Positions 1 through 7,000 of a stretch of 64,000 bases of DNA are shown one piece after another. How positions within the stretch are numbered: the stretch's first letter is position 1; every line of letters starts with the position of its first letter. A model generated the notes under the pieces. The model was not told the origin of the DNA and ran no database searches. It saw only the letters and a list, made by a program, of their open reading frames with translations. The position numbers and the translations under genes were made by a program. This DNA is from Tepidisphaera sp. (GTDB lineage Bacteria; Planctomycetota; Phycisphaerae; Phycisphaerales; UBA1924): the NCBI GenBank assembly GCA_050916045.1, contig CP051526.1, forward strand, positions 3,424,001 to 3,488,000. The letters run 5' to 3'.

Positions 1-794
1 TCGACGTCAAGAAGCCCGCTCCCGCGGCCAAGCCCGAAGCCAAAAAAGCAGAAATCAAGAAGCCCGAAGCCAAGAAGCCTGAGGCAAAAAAGCCTGAGGC
101 AAAAAAGCCCGAGGTCAAACCGGCCGCCAAGCCCGTGGTCAAGCCCGGGACCAAAGCCGAGGCTGAGACCCCCGCCGCGCCGCCCGCCGACGACAAAGCC
201 GCTTCCGCTCGCAAGGGCATCACCATCGTCCCCAGCAAGCCGCTGAAGAAGCCCAAGCCGAAAGCTCCTTCGACCGACATCTCCGCCCTCGCCGGCTCGC
301 TCCTTTCTTCCGGCTTTGCTCGCAAGCCGCTGATCGCGTCGGGGCCCAACGCTCCCGCGCTCAAGCCGCTTGGCGTTCAGGGCGTCGAAGAAGTCCAGGC
401 CAAGGTCGCCGGCAAGTCGCCCTTCGGCAAAAAGGAACTCGAGCACTTCCGGGCCATCCTCCTCCGCAAGCGCGCCGAACTGCTCGGCGATGTCTCGCAC
501 CTTGAAGAGGAAGCTCTCCGCGGCGAAAGCGGTGCGCTCTCCAACATGCCGCAGCACATGGCCGAGCAGGGCAGCGAGACGTACGAACAGTCACTGCACC
601 TGGACCTCGCCGCCGCGGGTTCCAAGCTCATCAAGGAAATCGACGACGCCATCCGTCGCATCGATGCCGGCACCTTCGGCATCTGCGAACTGACCGGCAA
701 GCCCATCCGCGTCGAGCGTCTCGAAGAGCTCCCGTGGGCCAGGCACTCCATCGAGGCGGCCCGCGAACTCGAGCGCCGGTCGATGCGCACGTGA
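1..794 (+). CDS. DksA/TraR (YteA/YlyA-like) family protein with long Lys/Pro/Ala-rich N-terminal extension; 5' end lies outside the window
   Basis: Frame is open from position 3 (DVKKPAPAAKPEAKK...). The C-terminal part has a coiled coil with HMAEQGSETYE, then 'IDDAIRRIDAGTFGICELTGKPIRVERLEELPWARHS', typical of DksA/TraR. Confidence 0.85.
   Translation, partial: DVKKPAPAAKPEAKKAEIKKPEAKKPEAKKPEAKKPEVKPAAKPVVKPGTKAEAETPAAPPADDKAASARKGITIVPSKPLKKPKPKAPSTDISALAGSLLSSGFARKPLIASGPNAPALKPLGVQGVEEVQAKVAGKSPFGKKELEHFRAILLRKRAELLGDVSHLEEEALRGESGALSNMPQHMAEQGSETYEQSLHLDLAAAGSKLIKEIDDAIRRIDAGTFGICELTGKPIRVERLEELPWARHSIEAARELERRSMRT
31..117 (+). repeat. Imperfect 15-bp tandem repeat encoding (KKPEA)n within the dksA-like gene
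   Basis: aagaagcccgaagcc / aagaagcctgaggca / aaaaagcctgaggca / aaaaagcccgaggtc. Confidence 0.85.
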
Positions 795-1516
795 CCGCGA
801 CCACGGACCCATCCATGACCCAGAATCAAGCGGCCCCGGATGCGCCCGAGCCCGCAAGCGGTCTGCTCAGCAGCCCGACCTATCGAAGCCCGCGAGCCTG
901 GGTCGTCCTCATTCTCGTCCTCGTGATTGGCCTGGCCGCGGACCTTGGGTCAAAGTACTGGGCCTTCAACACACTCGCCCCGTACCCGATCCAGATCGAC
1001 CGCGAAGCGGTGCTCGCCGGGCGGCACGACGCTCTCATCCCGTCCCACGAACCGACGGTGGTGCTCCCCAGCGTGCTTGAGTTCAAGCTTGTCCTGAACG
1101 TGGGCGCGGTCTTCGGCGCCGGCGCGGGCAAGCGTCCGCTCTTCATCGGCGTCACGATCTTCGCGGTGGTCTTCGGGCTCTTCCTTTTCGGCTGGTGGAC
1201 GAGCCCGCGGGATCGCTGGGCGCACGTCGGCATCGGGTTGCTCCTGGCCGGCGGATTGGGCAATCTGTACGACCGCGTGCTCTACGCGTGCGTGCGAGAC
1301 TTCATCCATCCGTTCCCGGGCGTGCGGCTTCCCTTCGGCTGGCGGTACCCGTCGAACGAGGACCAACTCTGGCCGTACGTCTCGAACGTCGCGGACAAGT
1401 GGCTCCTGATCGGCATCGCGATCCTCCTCGTTCACGCGTGGCGGATGGGCGGGCAGGAAGAGCGGATGCTGACCCAGCGTGCCCAAGCGGCGACGCCGCC
1501 GGCCGATCCCTCCTGA
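791..1516 (+). CDS. lspA: Lipoprotein signal peptidase II
   Basis: Motifs NVGAVFG, GGLGNLYDR, VRDFI and NVAD, with 4 hydrophobic segments. GTG at 791 overlaps the upstream stop (GTGA); ATG 815 is an alternative start. Confidence 0.9.
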   Translation: MTATTDPSMTQNQAAPDAPEPASGLLSSPTYRSPRAWVVLILVLVIGLAADLGSKYWAFNTLAPYPIQIDREAVLAGRHDALIPSHEPTVVLPSVLEFKLVLNVGAVFGAGAGKRPLFIGVTIFAVVFGLFLFGWWTSPRDRWAHVGIGLLLAGGLGNLYDRVLYACVRDFIHPFPGVRLPFGWRYPSNEDQLWPYVSNVADKWLLIGIAILLVHAWRMGGQEERMLTQRAQAATPPADPS

Positions 1517-1531
1517 AGGAAATCACCGCAC

Positions 1532-2173
1532 GTGCCGACCGCTCCGACCATCAAAGCGTTCACGCTGGGGCCGTTCCAGACGAACTGCTACGTCGTCTCC
1601 GCGGGCACGCCGGACTGCTGGATCGTCGATGCGAGCTTCGGTCCCGGCGCAATGATCGACCACGTCCGTCGGGACAAGCTGATCCCGCGAGCGCTGCTCC
1701 TGACGCATGCGCACGTGGATCACATCGCGGGCGTCGCCGAGGTTCGCCGGGCGTTCCCGGAGATTCCCGTGCTCATTCACGCCGCCGAGCGGGATTGGCT
1801 GGGCGACCCTCTCCTGAACTTGTCGGCTCTGGGGGGTCAGAGCGTGACGGCTCCGGGACCCGACGGCTTTCTCGACGAGGGCGAGACGCGGACACTCGGC
1901 GACTCGTCGTGGCGGGTGCTTCACACGCCGGGCCATTCCCCCGGCGGGATCACGCTCTGCTGCGACGATGCAGGCGTCGCGATCGTCGGTGATTCGCTCT
2001 TCGCGGGGTCGATCGGCCGAACGGATTTCCCGGGGAGCGACCACGCGACCCTGATCGCCTCGATCAAATCCAAGCTTTACACGCTTCCGGGCGCGACGAA
2101 GGTCTACCCGGGTCACGGACCAACGACGACGATCTCCCGCGAAGCGACGAGCAACCCGTTCGTGCGAGGGTAA
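1532..2173 (+). CDS. MBL-fold metallo-hydrolase (glyoxalase II-like)
   Basis: THAHVDH, HTPGHSPG, GDSLFAGSIGRTD, YPGHG motifs; SD aagga upstream. Confidence 0.9.
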   Translation: MPTAPTIKAFTLGPFQTNCYVVSAGTPDCWIVDASFGPGAMIDHVRRDKLIPRALLLTHAHVDHIAGVAEVRRAFPEIPVLIHAAERDWLGDPLLNLSALGGQSVTAPGPDGFLDEGETRTLGDSSWRVLHTPGHSPGGITLCCDDAGVAIVGDSLFAGSIGRTDFPGSDHATLIASIKSKLYTLPGATKVYPGHGPTTTISREATSNPFVRG

Positions 2174-2179
2174 AGCCGG

Positions 2180-2344
2180 TCAGAACCAACTCGCGATCAA
2201 AGCCCATGCGAGAAAGACGCCCAGGCCCAGAACCATCACCACGCACGTCCAGAACACGAAAGGCTTGTCGCGGCGCAGCTTCGCCCGGTACTCCCAGAGC
2301 TTGAACGGGAAAAGCCAACCGAAATCGGTTCCTGCTTCGGGCAC
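2180..2344 (-). CDS. Small single-pass membrane protein (54 aa), not in ORF track
   Basis: GGAGG SD 5 nt before GTG. Translation MPEAGTDFGWLFPFKLWEYRAKLRRDKPFVFWTCVVMVLGLGVFLAWALIASWF. It fills the gap downstream of the DinB-like gene. Confidence 0.65.
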   Translation of the reverse strand: MPEAGTDFGWLFPFKLWEYRAKLRRDKPFVFWTCVVMVLGLGVFLAWALIASWF

Positions 2345-2359
2345 GACTTCCTCCGGTTG

Positions 2360-2899
2360 TCACATTGCGCTGGGCATGCCGTAGCAGCGGCGCCAGGTGC
2401 TGATCTGTCCGGCGTGCATCGCGACGTGGCTGGTGCACATGAACACGAGCGCCGCGCCGATGGTCGGGAAGAACTTGGTCCGGATGTTCTCGTCCGGGTG
2501 CGGCTGGGAGAGGACCGAGTCATCGACCTTGGCGAGGGTGTCAAAGAGGGTGTTGTACCCCTTCAGGAACGCGGCCATGATCTCGTCCTTTTTCGGATAG
2601 ATCCGGCCCTCGGGGTCGTCCTTGCAGTCAACGCCGGCTTTGAACAGGTCGGGCCAGTGCCCGGGCGTCGCGACGGAAGCCGCGTCGATGTTCAGGAAGC
2701 CGAGCATGCGGGCGGGATAGAGCGCGAGGTGGCCGAAAACAAACGCGGGGTGGTTGCAGTCGATGACCGTTTCCTTGCCGCTGTCGCGGAAGCGCGGCTT
2801 GCGGGCGAAGAGCTCGGGCTTGATGTCGGAAGCGACCTTCTCGGCGTAACCGACACCGCGGCGACCGGCGAGGATGATCTGATCGATGGCGTGGCCCAT
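2360..2899 (-). CDS. DinB/YfiT-like family protein
   Basis: NHPAFVFGHL and C-terminal HxxxHxGQI metal-binding pattern. Confidence 0.75.
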   Translation of the reverse strand: MGHAIDQIILAGRRGVGYAEKVASDIKPELFARKPRFRDSGKETVIDCNHPAFVFGHLALYPARMLGFLNIDAASVATPGHWPDLFKAGVDCKDDPEGRIYPKKDEIMAAFLKGYNTLFDTLAKVDDSVLSQPHPDENIRTKFFPTIGAALVFMCTSHVAMHAGQISTWRRCYGMPSAM

Positions 2900-2923
2900 G
2901 TGTGTGTTCCCTTTGCGGCGGAG

Positions 2924-4033
2924 TTAGGCTCCGACGTATCGATCGTAGATGCTTCGGGCTCGCTCGGGGTTACGGACGCCGCGAACCACGGCTCGCCCGT
3001 CAGGAAAGACGCCAAGGTGAACGGGCCCGCCGTCGTCGGCTCGCTCGAGGGCGAGCGCTGCTCGAACCATGAACCGCGACCGCGTCACCCCGCCGGCGGC
3101 GGCGTGAGGCTCAAGCCTTGACGCAAGCAGCGCGAGATTGACGATTTCCGGCGTGTCGTCGTCTTCACCGCGCTCCGCCGAAGCGTGGCTTGGGAAGATC
3201 TGGACCGAGTTCTGACCGCAAAGCCAGACCGCCCGCGTACCGAGTTTGGACGAGAGATACTCGAACCGACGCTCACCACAGCAGGGGCACGCCGAATCGC
3301 GCGAAACGGCGAGCCGCTGCGAGGTTCCGGCCCAGAGGTCAAAGGCGCTAAGCAAGCCGGTGACCCGATCCGCGTGTCCGAGCATGATCAGCATCGCATC
3401 GCTTGCTTGCCCGGCCGTCACCGTCGCGACGGCGGGGCCGAGCACGCCGGCGGTATCGCAGGTGGGCTCGGTTCCTGGCGCCGGAGCGTCGGGAAAGACG
3501 CAGCGGAGGCACGCGCTGACGCTTGGCATGATTGCAAGCCGCGTACCTCGGGTTCCCACGACGCCGCCGTTCACGTACGGGACGCCGTGCTTGACCGCGA
3601 GATCATTGATCAGGTACCGCGTGTCGAAATTGTCGGTCCCCTCGATGAGCACCTCGCCGCCGTCGGTCCGCGGCGGGCCTTTGTCCCAGCCGAGGAGACG
3701 TTCGGCGGAGGAAGCGGAGAAGTCCGCCGCAAGGGCGCGAACGGTGACCGCTGAGTCGATCTCGGCGAGGCGTCGAGCCGCGGCTTCCACCTTCGGCGCG
3801 TCGAGGTCGCGTTCGGCGTACAAGCACTGGCGCTGAAGGTTGGTCGCTTCCACGATGTCGCGGTCGATCAGCGTGAGCTTTCCGACGCCGGCGCGGACGA
3901 GAAGCTCGGCGACGCCGCAGCCGAGCGCTCCGACGCCGACGATGATCGCGTGCGAGGAGGCGAGCTTGGCTTGGCCGGCTTCGCCGACGCCGGGCAGGAT
4001 CGCCTGACGGTGATGTCGTCCGCGAGCGGTCAT
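2924..4033 (-). CDS. ThiF/MoeB family adenylyltransferase
   Basis: RHHRQ, GVGALG, DRDIVEATNLQRQ, TDNFDTR, CLRC...CDTAG...CPCC. Confidence 0.9.
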   Translation of the reverse strand: MTARGRHHRQAILPGVGEAGQAKLASSHAIIVGVGALGCGVAELLVRAGVGKLTLIDRDIVEATNLQRQCLYAERDLDAPKVEAAARRLAEIDSAVTVRALAADFSASSAERLLGWDKGPPRTDGGEVLIEGTDNFDTRYLINDLAVKHGVPYVNGGVVGTRGTRLAIMPSVSACLRCVFPDAPAPGTEPTCDTAGVLGPAVATVTAGQASDAMLIMLGHADRVTGLLSAFDLWAGTSQRLAVSRDSACPCCGERRFEYLSSKLGTRAVWLCGQNSVQIFPSHASAERGEDDDTPEIVNLALLASRLEPHAAAGGVTRSRFMVRAALALERADDGGPVHLGVFPDGRAVVRGVRNPERARSIYDRYVGA

Positions 4034-5265
4034 GCTTGGGCTCTCGTGAGGGTGATCTCGACGAGTTCGGGCGGAACGCCGAGTCGCACGGGCATGATGC
4101 TCATGCCGATGCCTCGCGAGACGATCACCGGGAAAGCCGGCCCGTCGACGCGGCCGCCGAAGTACTTGGTGCCGTGGCGGGACTGGATGAAGGGGAGGGT
4201 GCCGATGATCGGGAACTTCACCTGCCCGCCGTGGTAGTGGCCGGAGATCATGAGATCCACGCGCGGGCCGCGCACGACCTCGGGAAGTTCGGCGGTGTCG
4301 GGGTTGTGCGAGATCACGATGCGCGGGGTGGTTTCGTCGACGTGGCCGAGCGTGCTTTCGGGCTCGACGGTCGCCGTCTTGAGGTCGCCGAACCCGGCGA
4401 TGCAGAGCGATGAGCCGTCGTCGACATCGGCAACCCGCTTGTCCGAGGTCAGAAAGACGCGGTCGTTGTCGACCAGTCGCACGCCGATGGCTTTCAGGCG
4501 TCGGGCCATATCCGGGCCGTCGCCGTACCAGTCGTGGTTCCCGAGGACACCGATCACCGGCGCGGCTTGCGTGAGCGGCTCGAAGAGAGCGACGGCCAGC
4601 TCATTGGGCCCCGCACCGTTGTGCACATAGTCGCCGCTGAGGACGAAGAGGTCGGGCTTGAGCGCGATCGCGTGATCCACGACGCGGCGGATGTAGTCCG
4701 CGGGGATCCGCGGCCCAAGGTGAGTGTCTGAAAGCTGAACCAGCCGCAAGCCCTCAAGGGCCCGCGGCAAGCGAGGGATCGCGACCGAGTACCGAGCGAC
4801 CTTGAAATCCCATGGGGTCACGCACGTCGCCAAAAGCATCACGCCGCCCGTGCCGACACCGGCCAAGCCGAGCGAAGCGTCGAACATCAGGCGGCGGCGC
4901 GAGAGATCCGGTGGTGGGTCGATGGCGGGATCGGGGTGAACGAGCTTGGCGCGGACGCGGAGGAGCGCCATCAGCAGAGCGAGCACGATCGCCCACGCCG
5001 CGCCGTGAAGCAGAGCCGCATGCCACCAGGGGCGGGGCCCCCAGATGTCCAGGCCGACGAACGCGGCGAGCGAGACGGGGACGCTTGGGAAGTACAGCGC
5101 GTTGAAGACGCGACGGACCCACTCTGACGCGGCGAAGCCCTCGCTGGCGGGGCTTGCCATCCAGAACCATGCGTGGAGAAGCGTCGTGCACGCCGCGAGT
5201 ACCGCCCAAGCCGCGATCCACCGCGCCCAGCGCGTGCGTCTCCGGGTTGAGGACGGTTCGGTCAC
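4030..5265 (-). CDS. Membrane-anchored metallophosphoesterase (YkuE/YaeI-like)
   Basis: N-terminal TM helices; SDTHLG, SGDYV, LGNHD, SHNPD, SGHYHGGQ motifs. Confidence 0.88.
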   Translation of the reverse strand: MTEPSSTRRRTRWARWIAAWAVLAACTTLLHAWFWMASPASEGFAASEWVRRVFNALYFPSVPVSLAAFVGLDIWGPRPWWHAALLHGAAWAIVLALLMALLRVRAKLVHPDPAIDPPPDLSRRRLMFDASLGLAGVGTGGVMLLATCVTPWDFKVARYSVAIPRLPRALEGLRLVQLSDTHLGPRIPADYIRRVVDHAIALKPDLFVLSGDYVHNGAGPNELAVALFEPLTQAAPVIGVLGNHDWYGDGPDMARRLKAIGVRLVDNDRVFLTSDKRVADVDDGSSLCIAGFGDLKTATVEPESTLGHVDETTPRIVISHNPDTAELPEVVRGPRVDLMISGHYHGGQVKFPIIGTLPFIQSRHGTKYFGGRVDGPAFPVIVSRGIGMSIMPVRLGVPPELVEITLTRAQA

Positions 5266-5313
5266 GGGGGATGGTAGGGAGAGGCGTGCGAGCGACCGCT
5301 TGGGCGACCAATG

Positions 5314-5340
5314 AAAAACCCCACGCGGAATGTGGGGTTC
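5314..5340 (-). terminator. Intrinsic terminator after rpsG
   Basis: Minus strand: aaccccac-attccgc-gtggggtt followed by a T tract. Confidence 0.8.
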
Positions 5341-5365
5341 GGGGGATCGGTGTGATGCGATCGGA

Positions 5366-5863
5366 TCAGTTGGCGAAGTGGGCGAAGGCGCGGTTGGCTT
5401 CGGCCATCTTGTGGGTCTGATCGCGGGTCATCATGGCTTTGCCTTCGCCCTTGGCCGCGTTGTAGAGCTCATCGGCGAGGCGGGCGGAGATGGGACGGCC
5501 ACGCTCGGCACGGACGGCTTCGAGGATCCAGCGGAAGGCCAGCGACTGCTGACGCTTCTGGTTGACCTGCATGGGGACCTGGTAGTTGGCGCCGCCGATT
5601 CGCTTGCTGCGGACTTCGACGAACGGCTTGACGTTGTCGATGGAGCGGTGGAAGAGGTCGGCAGCGCTCTTGGGGGCGGCCGGGTCGGTTTCCTTGGCGA
5701 GCTTGCTCTCGATGATGTCGAACGCGTCGTAGACGACGCGCTGGGCGACGGCCTTCTTGCCGTCGGACATCACGCAGTTGATGAAGCGGGAAATGGTGCG
5801 ATCGCCGTACTTGGGATCGGGACGAAGCTGCTCAGCGGCGGACGTGTACTTTTTGCGACCCAT
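5366..5863 (-). CDS. rpsG: 30S ribosomal protein S7
   Basis: PDPKYGD, DGKKAVA, EVRSKRIGGANYQVP, HKMAEANRAFAH. Confidence 0.98.
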   Translation of the reverse strand: MGRKKYTSAAEQLRPDPKYGDRTISRFINCVMSDGKKAVAQRVVYDAFDIIESKLAKETDPAAPKSAADLFHRSIDNVKPFVEVRSKRIGGANYQVPMQVNQKRQQSLAFRWILEAVRAERGRPISARLADELYNAAKGEGKAMMTRDQTHKMAEANRAFAHFAN

Positions 5864-5936
5864 GACAATCTTTCCTTTCGCGACGGGCTTGGCGGCCCCT
5901 TTTCACCCGCGCGGTAAGCGCGGATTACTCGCCGAC

Positions 5937-5965
5937 AAAAAATCCCCGGGCACGCGCCCGAGGAT
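5937..5965 (-). terminator. Terminator-like hairpin between rpsL and rpsG
   Basis: Minus strand: atcctcgggc-gcgt-gcccggggat followed by TTTTT (10-bp stem with one G-U). Confidence 0.55.
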
Positions 5966-5977
5966 CGGTTGGTCTGT

Positions 5978-6352
5978 TTACTTCTTCGAGCGCTTGGCGC
6001 CGTACTTGGACCGGCCCTGCTTGCGGCCTTCGACGCCGAGGCAGTCCAGCGAGCCGCGGACGACGTGGTAGCGCACGCCCGGGAGGTCGCGAACGCGGCC
6101 GCCGCGGACGAGAACGATCGAGTGTTCCTGAAGGTTGTGGCCTTCGCCGCCGACGTAGGCCGTGACTTCACGCCCGTTGGAGAGGCGGACACGCGCGATC
6201 TTGCGGAGAGCCGAGTTGGGCTTCTTCGGCGTCATCGTGCGGACGATGAGGCACACGCCGCGCTTCTGCGGGGACGTGTTCAGGTCGCGGGTCTTGGACT
6301 TGATCGCCGGCGACCGGCGGGGCTTGCGGATAAGTTGGTTGATCGTCGGCAT
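5978..6352 (-). CDS. rpsL: 30S ribosomal protein S12
   Basis: [37 protein letters not shown]. Confidence 0.99.
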   Translation of the reverse strand: MPTINQLIRKPRRSPAIKSKTRDLNTSPQKRGVCLIVRTMTPKKPNSALRKIARVRLSNGREVTAYVGGEGHNLQEHSIVLVRGGRVRDLPGVRYHVVRGSLDCLGVEGRKQGRSKYGAKRSKK

Positions 6353-6422
6353 GCGTCGTTAAACCTCAGCCAGAACCCGTGCACAACGCCGCCGAGAAGA
6401 CATCCTTCCGGGCGGGACCCGG

Positions 6423-6451
6423 ACATTAGGCGCGACCCACGGCGGGGGCAA
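6423..6451 (-). promoter_or_regulatory. Putative sigma70 promoter of rpsL
   Basis: TTGCCC-N17-TAATGT on the minus strand. Confidence 0.5.
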
Positions 6452-6490
6452 CCTCCAAACCCCATTCCCGGCGCGTAGCCTCACCACCAT

Positions 6491-6880
6491 ATGAGCACGA
6501 ATTCCTCCGGCGGCACCGCTTCCTACCCCTATCCCCCCGCTCCCGCCCACCAAACCCATACAAAGACCGATCCCACAGGGATCACCGTGGCCGGGTTCCA
6601 AGCCCTGATCCGGGATCGGTACTACCCGACCGACTCCGCCCGCGGCCCGGCGGGGACGTTCCTGCTCCTCATGGAGGAAGTGGGCGAGCTTGCGACCGCG
6701 CTGCACGACAACCGTCCGGGAAAGAAACCCTCCGCCGCCGAGCGCGCGAACCTCGAAGAGGAGATCGTTGACGTGTTCGCCTGGCTTGCGACCATCGCGA
6801 ACATCACCGGCGTCGACATGCAAGCCGCGCTCGCGAAGTACACGGACCCCGATCGCGTGAAGGGTGTGAAGGGCGTGTGA
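6491..6880 (+). CDS. MazG-like nucleotide pyrophosphohydrolase
   Basis: LMEEVGELA...LEEEIVDV (ExxE/ExxD) and 'ANITGVDMQAAL'. Confidence 0.85.
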   Translation: MSTNSSGGTASYPYPPAPAHQTHTKTDPTGITVAGFQALIRDRYYPTDSARGPAGTFLLLMEEVGELATALHDNRPGKKPSAAERANLEEEIVDVFAWLATIANITGVDMQAALAKYTDPDRVKGVKGV

Positions 6881-7000
6881 GGAAGAGCCGCGCGGGAACT
6901 GCGCAGCACTGAGCCATCGTTTCGGCGCACACGCCGGTCTGAAACGCGATACGCTCTGTGTTCCAGCGCCCGAACACCTCACCCTCCGAGGACACATTCC

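Noticed and set aside
2924..4033. ThiF protein as a RiPP or anti-phage E1 enzyme
   Set aside because: It looks like a standard MoeB/ThiF with Zn motifs, with no precursor peptide, E2 or JAB gene recognisable nearby.
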